A DNA stretch of 64,000 bases from NCBI GenBank assembly GCA_000934665.2, contig KZ538042.1, forward strand, positions 1-64,000, given 5' to 3'. Of the stretch, positions 13,445 to 26,709 are shown in pieces. Position numbers and translations under genes: made by a program. The DNA is from Catajapyx aquilonaris. Taxonomy: Eukaryota. Every line of letters starts with the position of its first letter. The first letter of the stretch is position 1. The notes beneath the pieces were generated by a model. That model was given only the letters and a program-made list of their open reading frames with translations. It searched no databases and was not told the DNA's origin.

Positions 13445-14010
13445 TATTTTTACGAGCGCAACCAAGTGCGCATTCACACTCGCGCAAGTTCATTTGTTCC
13501 GACAACAACGTTGCCACAGTTACTTCTCAAGGGCCAAATTCGCACTCCTTTAAGGCAGAGAGCTTATAGTACATAAGAGGCGCAAACATTCGATTTCCGC
13601 GTCTCTCTGTTTGGGGCGTAGCCTAGGCTGGCGGCCATTTTGAAGTGTGGGCAACGCCAACGAGGTATAAATAGGGTACAGGCAAAAATATGGTCCGCCA
13701 TCTTTGATTCGCGCGTGTTCTTGCCGTGTAGTTGTCATGGCCGCCAAAACCATCAAAGATGGCGGACCTACTTATACCTCGTTGGCGTTCCCCACACTTC
13801 AAAATGGCCGCCAGCCTTGGCAACGGCCACAAACAGAGAGACGCGAACATCAAAGGCGCCGAAGATGTAGTATATGCTCCCTGTCTAAGGTTCGTCCCAT
13901 AGCTTCGGCAACGTAGCAAAAGTCGGCCATATTGTTACCCCTTCAAGAGTAGCGTTGGAAATAATCTTCGCGAACTGTGTTACGCACACGGTTGCGCTCG
14001 TAAGAAATTA
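13445..14010. mobile_element. Inverted-repeat element, family C, hosting MITE A copy 1
   Basis: TTACGAGCGCAACC..GTGCG (left) and CGCACACGGTTGCGCTCGTAA (right); related copies at ~32645-32775 and ~40600-40845. Confidence 0.65.
13556..13883. mobile_element. Foldback MITE, family A, copy 1
   Basis: CAGAGAGC...GCTCCCTG termini, long inverted arms, flanks TTTAAGG / TCTAAGG. Confidence 0.9.
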
Positions 14011-15289
14011 ATATGTTATAGTTGCTAATAATAGGCACGGTATTGAAGCTAAAATGTTCTCAGGCCGTCGCATTTTTTCACTAATAGTTTCGAAAATGTG
14101 CAGTACGGATCGTGCCGTTTAGTAATTTTTTTTTCCTTAATTCGCAATAGAGAGTTTGGCTGATCGTTGGGGCTATTTACACGCGCGTTGGAATGTAAAT
14201 ATTCGGGAGTTGGGACCGTCCCTCTCTCCATTGTCATCGATACGATTCCCATGCTCTACCAGGACCGCTTGTTATATCTAGCATTACCAGGGTTAATTTA
14301 TTCTAATTACGGCCCGATGCAGCTACAGTACCGCGTTCCTGGAAATAATGAAGCAGTAACTTGTTGTTTTGCACTTTGTTTTACAATATGGTCGATGGCA
14401 TTAAATTAAGCGGAGCATAAAAAATAACTATATAACATGTAGCTCTCTTGTTATACGTTTGACGTGAAACTAATTGAATGTTTTTGATGGGTGGAATGAC
14501 CCGAAAGAGAATTGGATCAGCCAACCGGCGGATTAGAGGTCCAAGTTTGTTGTTGGATACAATTCAATTTGTTTAGAGCCCTGTTGCGGCCAGTTGTTTG
14601 CAAAGGAGAGGATTGGAACACAATTAGTTGCTGGGAATTACAAATCGGACAAAATATATCCAGCCCGTTTGTTCATTATACACGTTCTGTAAAAATGCGT
14701 GTGTGTAACATCCGAGAGCCATGAATGGGTGATATTAGAACAACAGCCATAAATGTGACCGTTTTAACCCCTATTGACCCCCGTTGTCATCAATCATCGT
14801 CACTGTCAACCCCCCTTACTCTCTCTCTCTCCCCCCGCTTCCAACAAATGGCGGTGGGCACGCTGCATCTGGAATGATTGCAGGACCACACCAAATTCCT
14901 AGGGTCATTTGTAAAATTATTTTGCAGAAAGTTGAACTCTGCTGCTGCCACTGTGGGGACCGGATTTTGTGCAAAAAGGGGTGGGGGGGTTAGAGCTGGC
15001 TGCTGAACTAATAATAATTGAGCGAGCGTGGCCCTGAGGTTTTGATCCCGGCTCTTCAAATCGGGGAACTGTTAATTCCTTATTAGCAGACTCCGGTTAT
15101 TTGCTGCGATTATTTTTGCGAGCTGCTTGTTGCGGCACGTTCTCATCATCGGGAGGCGGTTTTTGCTGGTTTGTTTATTTGTTCATCTGGGGATTAGAGA
15201 GAATGATGCTCTCTGCGACATATGCGGGGAAGTCTGTTACATAACATCGTCGGTCATTATATCGACTCGCACAGGTCTTGAAAAATTGA

Positions 15290-15910
15290 TCCATAGTATC
15301 GCATGCGATGTAGTAGGGATCATTGAAATATCGATTTCCGCGATGTATTTCATATCGTAATATTCAGCGTACCCTGTATCGACATGCGATAGCATACGAT
15401 ATATCGAAATAAAATTATACGATATATCGAAATAAATAAACGATATATCGAATTAAATATACGATATATCGAAATAAATAAACGATATATCGAATTAAAT
15501 ATACGATATATCGATATACGATCACACGTAATAAGCGAATATCATAGCTGTATCGAGATACGATAATTATCACACTCGATGTATCGTGGATATCGTACGA
15601 TATATCGAGTTTTGATGTACGATGTATCGAAATCGATATGTATGATCCATCGAGATACGCCATGCGATACGATATCACATTCGATATATCGTATATCACA
15701 TCTCGATGCATAGGTATATTTATTTCGATACAGTGTGTAATCTTGATATATCGTACGATATATCGATATATCGTAATTAGCTATTGCGATGTTCGAATTT
15801 TGATATATCGTATATCGCATTCCGATATATCGTGATTCGATATTACACGTTGTATCGAAATATATCGAGATCGATACATCAATCGATGTATCGAGAATCG
15901 TGTTACGTTA
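15290..15910. repeat. CGATAT/ATATCG-rich low-complexity array, possibly a hAT-like MITE interior
   Basis: Dense CGATATATCG palindromic units, with local ~21-bp tandem repeats at 15400-15510; TAGGGAT near the left edge. Confidence 0.7.
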
Positions 15911-17018
15911 TGTACGTGTATAATTTCGAGTTTTGATTACACGGAACATGGCGATATGCTGCTGTTGTCAGTTATTTTAAACTTCAGTGAACATCGCAAG
16001 ATGATGCACCTGATGCAGTGTTGCCACTTTGTTGTCTGATGCCCAATTATATATTTTTTCCTCCTCCCCCCCCTCCTCCCCTCTTTTTTTTGCTGCAGAC
16101 CTGGCCACGTCCATTTCTCCCCAACGATATTTCACAGCTGTCATCATTCCCTCTCTTTGCCTGACACTGACTAATCCCTTCCCATTTGGCCCGGGAAGGA
16201 ACATAATGGATGCCTCCCCCTCCCTTCTCCTCCACCCCCCTCCCTTAGTTCGACTTTGCTCTGCCTGGATGTGATGGGGGTATACAAAACCACCCACCAG
16301 ACCACCCTCCCCACCAAAAAAAGAGAAGAGGGAGAGCTAGCAGAGAGAACGGGAGGGGCCAAGTCCAACCTTAAGTGGCTCCACCATCGGAAAATGGGGG
16401 AGGTTGGGCCATGGTTGGGGTGAGGGTGGGTGGGTGGTGGGGTGAACTAGCCTACTCCCGGAGTCTGGAAAATTCGGTGCACGTCCGTGTGTTGCGGAGG
16501 CTCGGGTTTCCTTAAGCCGAGGAAATGTGGGGGGGTTATTCAAATCCCTATTGGATGAAGTAAAAGGCTGCTCCCCCCCACCCTTCCATAGCACCCACCC
16601 CACCCTCCCTTGGTCAAATGCGACCACTTACATTCGCCGCGGCGGATCAAATGTTTGCCCAACTGGAGGCTTTTGTTGAGTGGCGAAACACCCGCTCTGG
16701 GTATTACCGGCTTGCTTTTCCTCCCCACCCCTCTTATTCCCACCCCTCACCCTCACTGCAACTAAACCATCCAAAAGTTATTAAATGGGATAACTAAAAG
16801 AGAGGGGGGCAGGTCATTTCCATTGATTCATGGGCTGGAACGACATTAAATCGGAATCAAAGATATATAAGGGAGGGAATTTTTTCCCCTCCTCAATTTG
16901 TGTTATCGCCACGTTCTGTACGAAAAGTTGCTAACTGCTGAAGAGGAGGGAGACTGCGTATTATTCAGATCGATTCATGGTCTGAATAGTGGCTGAACTG
17001 ACACTGAGCTGAATCTAA

Positions 17019-17186
17019 AGATATCGAAGTATCTTACCAGACTAAGAAATTAGCCTCCAACAGAGGTGCTGTCTGGGGGAGTGCGAGTTATTGCATCAGG
17101 GGGAGGCAGCATCTCTGTTGGAGGCTAATTTCTGGGTCAGGTCTGGTAAGATACTCATTTAACCGACTGTACCACTCTCGATATCT
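17019..17186. mobile_element. Kolobok-like foldback MITE
   Basis: CTAA|AGATATCGA...TCGATATCT|TTAA; internal arms GTATCTTACCAGAC..AGAAATTAGCCTCCAACAGAG are inverted. Confidence 0.65.
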
Positions 17187-20100
17187 TTAACCTGAAGATA
17201 ATCGTACTTCTTTACCCGACTGTATACCATACAAAATGTTAGTTACAAGATTCTGAACGAACACGGAGACTGAAGTGTGAAAGTTTTTGTCGCGTGTGTG
17301 TCTTGTCAGTCAAAACTTGCTCTACTAACAGGAAGTGCGACAACAATGGGAGGCAGCATTTCTATCGATTAAGGCTCAAACAACATTAGACTGAGAATGA
17401 CAAGCGATTTCAGTCTGAGTGTTTTTTCTGGCGTCGTTTGTGTGTTATCGCGACTGAACCACAGTCTGAAATTATTCGCACAGGCTAACCAGTGGAAAGG
17501 ACATGAAATTAGCATCGATTCGTGGGTTATTACGCAATTAGACGGGATGACGGTAGAGGAAAGCAATTTGAGAAATTCCTTCACGTTTGTGTTAATACGT
17601 CTAAAAGTTATTAACATGGCAAGAGGTTTCAATCGCCTGGCTTGAAAACGATCTGAAATAACACCAAAGGGATATTAGACTGAATCAGGAAGAAAAGTGA
17701 TTGGATTTTTTTTTAGCTCTTTGGTTTGTGTTATCTCACCCACCTCCCCCCATACCCTGGTTCGATTATATCTGGCTCTATTTCTATGGCGCCGAGTTGA
17801 AAAATAAGCCTCCCCCCCTTCCTCTCTATCGCCTTTTCTCCTTTGGAGCTCCAGCTTTTATTAATGACCATAATGGGTTCCCGTGATTAGTAATTGAATC
17901 GCTGAGAGCCAACAAAAGGATATGGAGGAGGAGGAGGAGGAGGAGGAATTGGATCTGTGGAATGAGTTTCATCAAGTCAAGCCCCCCTACTCCACATCTC
18001 ATACTCTGTGGTCAGTCTATATGCTCTGACTACATCATTAGTCCAGAATTGTATGATTCCTCACAGCCGGCATTGTTCTTGCCGTAATTAAAGTCGGTGG
18101 TCGCCTGGCCCACCCATTCCCCCCACTAATTTTTGAAATACTGCACCACCCTATCCCCGATGGGGCGTAATTGAGTAATATGTGCGAGAAAATGAGGCAT
18201 TCCTCGTGCAGGGAGCGATAATTGGACTCATTTGGCCTATTGGTTCGGAATTCATTGACGTCTCGGCCCGGTGGAGGGAATCGGTTGGCCTACAGCACAC
18301 AGGAGGGGGGGTCGAATATCGGAGAAGAAGGAAAATGATTTTTTGTCGTTTCTAATATTGGTAGTTATTTCCGTACTAATGTGACTTATTAGCACGCCTT
18401 TTGCTTCATCGTCGACTAGCCCCCATTTCACATAGGCGCATGCGTGGCCTGGGAACATGCATATATCGGTTGAACGCTCTCGGCCCCAGATAGACTTCCC
18501 TCATTACTTATTTACCCAAACTTTATTGACTCAATGGAAACGGGGAGTGGGCCCCTCCTCCTCCAGCCCCTACTACTTCCGTCCTCCCTCAATTCGGGGG
18601 TGGGCCTGATCCAAGCGACTTTAGCAAGCTGGCTTCTAGAATGCCTCTACTTGTGTGGAGGTCCTCTTTTCTCCCGAGTGTGGATTACGCACTTCACACT
18701 GCCCATACTCGTTCCCTTTATGTAGGTTACGGACGTTTCCAGTGGCTTCCCTCCCAGACTCCACCGTCCTGGACCCACTACCAACCAATTTTTTGAGGGG
18801 AAACCAACCTCGAGAGAGAGAGAGAGAGATCGGTTGGATCTGCTTGGACAGATCGCCAGAATGGCAACGCCGCTTTGATAATGGCTAATAAGTGGCAACG
18901 TCGCGTTAGGTATGACAATTTCAAGTTAGTTTTACCCTCTTCCTGTGCGAATTGCCAATGTTTCACAACACACTACATTAAAAAGGAGTCTGGCAAAACA
19001 CTGGCAACGTCGTAAAATATGACAATGCCGCTTTAGATACATGGCAACATCGCACAGGAAGCGCGGGAAAAACGAACTTGAAATGAGGAAAACATAGAAA
19101 TCCTCGACATCTATCTGTTGATCTCTATACAAAGATGAGAATTTTTTTAAAAAATGGCAACGTGGCACTCCAGGCAAGAGCAATGGATGAGTGTCAAGGT
19201 CACTTCCAGGATCTCTCTCTTTTTTTCCCCTGGGTTTGGTCAGCTGCAGTGAAGCCGATCGAACCGGAGTTGGCCCGGATAACGTGGTCCGACGTGGCTA
19301 CTGATGCCCGGATTTGCGCCAGATCAAAAGATGCGCCGGATTTTGCTCCCCCCCCCCCCCTTTCCCATCCCCGCCCATCCCTTCCCCTTTCCAACCCGTG
19401 CAAATAAAATCGGCGTTGATGTCACAGTCGCCAAGTGCTGTCGACTGTTGTCAAACGCAATCCGGGAGAGAGATGGGTGGGCCAGTGGGTGGGCCAGTGG
19501 GTGGTGAGGGTGGGGGGTGAGGGTGGGGGGCTTTAAATGGATGAATATTTTTTAGGCAGAAGGTTGGAGGGGGGAGGATAAAGCAAAAAAAAAAAAAATA
19601 GGCGCGAATTAAAAATGGCGGGAGGATTTGACAGCTGAATTGGGCTTGATAAGTGGCCCGCTAATTAGGGGGATGTTTATCTGAAATGAAATGGCGATCG
19701 GAATCGATATCGGCCTCGGGCCAGGTTTGCCACCTCATCCCTCCAACCCACCCACCGCCACAGGGACCTTTTTCTCGCTCCTACAAGTACAGGGTGACTC
19801 AACACTATATACTCAGCTTATCCTACCAATTCATGGACACGTTTTTCCCATTCTCAGAAGCTCGTAGATCAAATGTATACGAACCCCGCTCTCTCAGTCA
19901 CATGACACCATTTAAAAGAGATTCAGAAACGAGCGCTTTTCCCATTGCTGTCATGCGTAACTTGTGATAATGCGCGTCAAAATTCAACGCGTGTTAGGAT
20001 GCCTCCTTATACACCCGCTTCAAACGGTCTTGTAACTCCCTACCGAAAGTGGAACATATCAACACGTTTTGAAAGGAAGCGCTGGGAAAGTGTCATGAAA

Positions 20101-22272
20101 CGTGGCTCATATAGACATTACATGGTACTTTTGTAGCGCTTTTTTTCTTCAAAACGTGTTGATATGGCCCGCTTTCGGTAGGGAGTTACAAGGCAGCAGA
20201 CTTAACCCGCTTCAAACCGATAGAAGCGCTTGTAAAGGGTGGCTCAACGGAGAGAGGCGTCTCAACACGCTCCTTTGCGCTTGTAACGCGGCTCTATACG
20301 GCATGCCAGATGTCCCTTTTCCAAAAAAAATATCTGGTGATTCTACCTGCTACTATCCGAATATATTGTGATACCGGTACTGGAAAACAGCTAGATAAGC
20401 CCAACACCAGTATGTATAATGTACGGGCTGTCCTGTATCAGGATTTTCGTATACGGAAAATCGATGCGGATTAAATATTGCATCGAGCGCGATATATCGA
20501 AAAAAAAAATCACGGATCACTGTCGCTATCGAACAATCCTCTCTTGGGAATGCGTTTTCGCCGCATTTGTATGGTTTCAGTTTTTATCCAGGTCGGTAGG
20601 TGGAAGTGTTGCGCGCAATATTAGTGTGCGTAATATTTCATCGAGCCCGTATTATATCCCGGGGGGCAGGCGGGTGTTGTGTGGGGCGAAAGCAAATGAG
20701 TGGATAAACATGGCGGCTTGGGTTGAAAGATGGCTCCGTCGCCATCTTTTCAGCCCGGCTTTCACTTTTGTTCCGGAGCCATCATCCATCAAAAGGCGGG
20801 CTTGTTTCGCAGCTTTTGAAGAGGGCCCACAGAGAACGGCTCGGAAGCGACCCAGATCCTACACGTTGACCTACTAACCACCTGCTTTTGTTGCCAATTT
20901 TTAGCCACTTTTTTGGGGGGTTGGCGAACCGGAAGGTTGATGTCCGGTGAAGGTCGGATGGATGGCGCCTCTTGTCTCGAAAGATGGCGCCAACAAGTTC
21001 CACTTGTGCCAATCGGAAGTATCTGGACTGGATGGGGGTCATCATCCAATCAAGAGGCGATTAAGTGCCGGAGATTGAGACCAGTTCTTGAGCCGCGTAC
21101 ACGTAACGCACACACATCTCGGCCCTTATAAGGACAGGCAGTCCAATCTGCTGGTGCCCCATCCGTCTGCAGATGAAACATATCCAGATATATCGGGGAA
21201 TAAGAAAAATTCCATGGCGGCTTCTGATCTCCTCGATTACCGTCCCCTGCAGGCTCGTCATGTAAAGGGGTAGCCCGGTCCTTCTCCCGAAAAAGGGTCC
21301 TGCGGGATAGCCAGCAAGGCACAAACACTGGAGGCAAAGAGGAGTGAAATTGGGGCCCCGGACTGGAGCGGAATGCAAACTGGTTTGCCAATTGAAGAGT
21401 TGCTTGCGAAAATAGGGCCCTTTCCAAAAATTGGCCCGCCGGAGATAACACCTTCCATCTGTACTAGGATTTGGGGGGGGGGGCAATGGAGCGGATGGGA
21501 GGAGGGAGAAATCTGCGCTACAAACGACCTAATTTGCTTCCAAATCAGGTGCTCCATGTAGACTGGGGAGGGCCTAAATCTGCTATTTTCCCGATTTACT
21601 CCGCTTTGACTTTTATGGAACGGCCGCCATTTTTATCCCTGTCTGTCTGTCAGGTGAACAAACCCTCGTGACGTAAGCTCTGATTTTTTAACGAGCCTAC
21701 CTCCCACTCAGGTGCAGCATAAATCCATATCATGCGGCGCGTTAATGTTACGTATGGGAAGTCGTGAATCATAACGTCTTATCGTATGGTTAGCGTGGTT
21801 AGCTCCCTTGTCTATACACCGGTGGTGGTGACCTATGCGTGGCCTTAACACAATGCGGCAGTATCTGACCGGAGCGTGCCCAACATGGCCATGATTAGAT
21901 AAAACAGAGTCGAGAGATGGGAGGCACACGAGTTCTTTGACCTAATGGCACCATCGCAGGGTGGGTTTAACTGACCGTCACACACACACGAATCCTCCGG
22001 TTATCTCCTGACGTGAGGACCCCCGATTAATGGTCACGAACGGAGAGGGGACATGCCTGGATCGCATGTGCGACCCATCTAATCATCCTTCAAGCTACAG
22101 GGTGCACACTTCGAAAGTTTTGGCCATTCACGGGGTTGACCTCGGGTCGATGCTGACCTTGCCATCTGGCCTATCCAAGGCAGGAAGGAGGTGTGATGGT
22201 CAGAATCAGAAACTTTGACCGAACTTGTCCGAAAATTTTGACGTCGACATCTGAACATGTCAGTTGATAAAT

Positions 22273-22494
22273 GGACTGTGTCGTGCAATAATGTGTCAAC
22301 CCACAAAAAATGTCAAAATTGAGTTACGCCCATGAACATATACCCAAAGGATCGCCATGAAGCTTGCGAAATCTGCATGCTTCTGCTATAAACGACCGAA
22401 ATGGACATTGAAATAATTTCACAGGTGAAATTCGAAGCCCTTTTTCTCACAACTGTTCTCATGCGGGTTGACTCATTATTGCGTAACACCGTCC
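22273..22494. mobile_element. MITE family H (mariner-like TIR), copy 1
   Basis: GGAC.GTGTCGTGCAATAATGTGTCAACCC ... GGGTTGACTCATTATTGCGTAACACCGTCC; second copy at 59898. Confidence 0.85.
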
Positions 22495-22535
22495 AAATGT
22501 ATTGTTTGGTGTAGTGAAATACACGTGTTCGTTGT

Positions 22536-22607
22536 TTCTAATATTATGTCTCTCTCTTGCAGGTAAGTGTTGTCGACTGTGCATGACGCTGCGCTGGGGT
22601 GGTGAGT
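22536..22607 (+). other. Putative recursive splice site (ratchet point) 1 with 39-nt cryptic exon
   Basis: TTCTAAT branch-like motif, TCTCTCTCTTGCAG|GTAAGT at 22562/22563, second donor GTG|GTGAGT at 22602. Confidence 0.65.
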
Positions 22608-24549
22608 ATAGTTGACTTCACTATCGCAGTGGAATTTTGACGATATAACTGCAATAATCTGCACGTGTGGTCGTGCAGATTCAACACCCTGTGCATCGAT
22701 CATCAATATTCATACTAGGTCACTGATACGACACGCCACACATCATCACTTACGGGCCTGACACGTGATAGCTTCTTTCGTGAAGGTATGAATACTGTTG
22801 AAATTGTCGAATTGTCCATGCCATTCACGCTAAAAAGGGGAAAAAATGGAGCCAGTTAATTCTTTTCCATACGGCTGCTCTTTCGTATTGGGAGACCCCG
22901 CACTTTTACGTAACGCCGCGCCGCCTGGAGGAGGGCGAATTCAAACATCAGCCCATGATGGTCGCTTACAGTGTTTTGCCATTGGATACTGTTTTCAGTG
23001 GCGACAATGGTAATCTCCTGAGCATGTATCTTCTGAAGGATCGGCGTGTATCCTTCGGGAAGGAAGGTTAGGTCATGGGGTAGGCTGGTGCAGCGTGCCC
23101 CTACCCCTGCCACATTCGGTCTCTAATTACGAACGCCCTTCCTTCCCTACACCTGGCTACCCTGCTTCCAAACCAGCGACGCGACGTCCCCCCCTGATAC
23201 ACTTGCGCAAGTGGTCCCGTGTGAACGCATCAAACTGGACCCGGTCTGGAACAGTGTGCCCCGGCCCACTTGGAAGGGGGTCGAATTTAATTTGACCCGT
23301 TCTGCGGCCGAGACTGTACTACGTTTGGGTCGATACGATAGGCGATCATCAGATAGAGCTGTCGCCGAAGCACGACGTTTACGATGTCAGAAAAGGTGTG
23401 CGGATCTTAATATACGACCCTGCCCCGAGTGGGTGGACATATTGACCTTTTGCAATGGGTCGAGGGAGGGGAGGGGAGGGGGGGGGCGTATATGGGTGCT
23501 GGTGAAAACATATACTGCGACAGTGTTATGTGTCGGGCACTTTATCAATGTTGACGGAAGCGGCGGCGGGCACAGGCGTTGTAAAACCTCTTTTCGCGTG
23601 TCTGACCAGGCGATCAGGCAACGCCGCTTTCATATTGACAATGAATGTACTTTCTTTGTTTTAATTGGGGCTGGGTGTGGGTGTGTGGTGGCCGATGGGT
23701 TGCGTAAAACCCCATCTTTTATTTACACGTGCTTGATGCTGCGTTTGGCCGCTTTATTGCCCTTAATAAGGAGCCGGTTCGCGCCTCGTCTTATTATAGC
23801 CATTTACAGTCTATAGCCGTGTGATCAGATAATAGACGCTCCAATAAAATATTGGAGGAAGGCCAGTGACGCCGCTATTAGATTGACGCTTTAATACGAG
23901 GGGCGACTAGTTTCGTGCAGTGAGGCAATGTCCCGAATTCAATCCCCGGTATGCGAATTTGTTTAAAAAAATAATGGGCATGCAGCAGGTACAAAACACC
24001 CGACCGCTGACCCCCTCGACCTCTCCCACAAATGAGGTACTATGCGAGTGACCACTCAATAGACTCTTCATCACATGGCCTCTTCATCTGCTCGCTCGGT
24101 GCACGTCATATTTTTTTTTCTATCCAACTTTAATATCAGTGGACTTGAAAAGGCGAAAAGGCACTCTGGGAAGTCAACTGATGGGATTAGAGCTCGGTGC
24201 AAAAATTCGCACATTTTTTGGGGCCAAATTGCGCCGAGAGTGCTCGCGTCCGGTTGAATATGTTTTTTCGAAAAAGAAAGAGATAAAAAAAACCCATCCG
24301 TGGACAAGGACATGAGAGGCTTAAAGTTTCAGGCATCGTCGGGATGATGACCTCTTCACCCTCAGTCGCACATTATTACAGCTGACGGATAACGATCTTT
24401 CCATAATCCACTTGTGCCGGGCATCATCGGACGCCAGTTTTCCTAATTGATCGGATTCCAGCTATGCCGCTTAGGCCTGCCCTTTCAATTAGTATCGCCC
24501 ATCAATTGCATTCTGGTACATAATAATAATAATTAAATAATAACAACGA

Positions 24550-25330
24550 GATAGAAAAACTATCGCATTTTTCTGGGACTGGGGCCTGCGGTGGTGGAGG
24601 CCATATTGTTAATCGCTTTGGCCTTCAAACAGCCCGGTTATCCGAACACTTCCTCTGATGTTCCAAGAACGAACTGTTTACTGACTGTCAACAACCCGAC
24701 AGTGGTGTCAACTAGGGGGCTAGGGGGTAGGGAGATAGCGAAGTAGACCCTCCAGCCGTCGGTGATCGAATGGATGGTTCCTCCTCCCACCCACCAGAGG
24801 CGCTGTCTACACCCCATTGCGTATGCGCGGAACGGGGGCCATTCTGAAGCGTCGCTGTAACAACATGCGGCGGACAAATCAGAAGGGATGATATACACGG
24901 TCATTACGATTTTAATATTATACAGTACAAGGAAAATCCTCGCTACGCTCGAATTTTTCTAGGCCTGCGGGCTGCGGTGGTTCAGATTGTTCAGATCATT
25001 TCCATAGAAACTTGAAACGTGAGAAGTTCCCAGAAGTGCATTCTATGATTAGCAACAAGGAAAATCCTCGCTACGCTCGAATTTTTCTAGGCCTGCGGGT
25101 TGCGGTGGTGGAAGTCATTGTTAATCATTGAATGCACTTTTGGGAACTACTCACGTTTCAAGTTCTCTATGGAAATGATCTGAACAATATAAGTAAGTTC
25201 CAACTAAAGGACACAGTTTACTCGTATTGCTGAGTGTGTGCTGGCCAATCGGGAGTGTCGCGGTAACAATATGGGGGCGGACCAATCAGAATGCCTATAC
25301 AAACAACGAAGGATTTTAATATTATAGATA
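24550..25330 (-). mobile_element. Cluster of Helitron family G copies and repeated 3' ends
   Basis: 24550-24925 aligns with 51434-51719. The 3'-end module GGAAAATCCTCGCTACGCTCGAATTTTTCTAGGCCTGCGG is repeated at ~24930 and ~25059; a 5'-end fragment lies at ~25240-25330. Confidence 0.75.
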
Positions 25331-26709
25331 GATAACTACTGTTGCCAGAGAGAGTAAAAGGTCGCGTTGATTGCAGCAGAGAACCAATCTCTCCGGCTGC
25401 TGCGTGCCGCCATCTGTCCAGCGAAATGGTGGGGGTGGAGGCAGGATTGTGACACGCGTGACAAAGGGAGAGGGGGGTGGTGTAATCCGGACCCCCCTGG
25501 CTTCCTATTGTTTTTTTTTTCTCCTTCTCCGTTGCTTCTCTCTTAAGGATCAAGCATCAGCGTGAAAGATCCCGATCGAGAAGCGAACTGAAAGAGCCGA
25601 CGTTGGATGGAAGGATTGGAAGGGGGGGGGGGGGGGNGGGGGGGGGGGGGAGAGCGACGCTGCCAAATGTCAATCCGACAGAAGGAGGGAGGGACACGCG
25701 GCCATCTTTTCTGGAGTAAAGCGTCCCCCCCCCCTCCCCAAAAGCCTGCTCAATAATTGCTTTGAACGCGGAGCTTGTGCTTTATCTTTCTGGGGGCCTC
25801 TCCTTTCCATTAGGCCGAATTAGAGGATGGGGAAGTTGGAGTGGAAATCTTGCCTCCTTCCCCCTCCTCCTTCCCCCTCCTCCCCACCCCTTATCCACTC
25901 ATCCAAAAAAGAAACGGAGGCGCTCAGGGATAGGGAGGGAAAAGGGGGGGCAAGAGTTGTTTCCATGCTGCTCAGTTTAATTTGGGGGAATAAACGAGGC
26001 TGAAAAATGGCGGCATGGAACGTACGCTCCGGAGACACTTTCTTTTACACGACCAGTCTCAATCGCCTTTAAAAAAAATATTTGGCGATATTTTTCGTGC
26101 AATAAAAATCGGACGAGCATATTTCCTAATTATTAATTCGGTCCGTCGTCCCTCGTTATCGGTCGTCTATACGCCTTATACCTGGCCCATGTCCGGATCA
26201 ATGCGGAATTTCCGCTCTTTCACACGCACTCTACATGTGTTTAAACCGCTCGTCAAAATTCAGGTCAGCGTGATTGGGTAAAACATTCCCTCCCCCCCAT
26301 CCCCACCCTGCTTAAAATTTCAAATATCACGTTTTAACTCGCCCGATGGAACTCGTTCCGCAGACTCAATTTGTATGTGTGTCTCTCTCTGTGCGACCCA
26401 GCCGCGCGCGCACGCACGCAAAATTCGCATCCCGAATTTTTGTGGGGGCGGAGGGGAAGCGATGTATAGTCCACTAATTATTATGCCCGCTAAATGCCGG
26501 GCGTGCTATCATTTCATTTGGTACACCCTTTTTAGAGAGAGAGAGAGATAGAGACCGGAATTTTACACGCTCCTTCTGCTGCCTGTCAATATTTACGCCG
26601 CGTTTAAAAAGGGGGGGCCTGGTTGCACCACGATTCGCATGTCAAATACGGTTGGTTTACTCCTTACTCGCTTGTTGGGAGAATTTCAACAACCTGCTCC
26701 AGCCACATC

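Noticed and set aside
13550..13919. Recurring short ORFs (MAAKTIKDGGP...) at the four MITE A copies
   Set aside because: They are by-products of the palindromic MITE, appear on both strands, and are broken differently in each copy.
14190..14211. TGGAATGTAAA, identical to the first 11 nt of miR-1
   Set aside because: The 3' half diverges and there is no pre-miRNA-length hairpin.
21700..23300. Short minus-strand ORFs that could be a decayed retroelement ORF (for example YVKVRGLP)
   Set aside because: No RT, integrase, endonuclease or zinc-knuckle motif found; frames are full of stops, and one ORF overlaps the + strand splice signal and MITE H.
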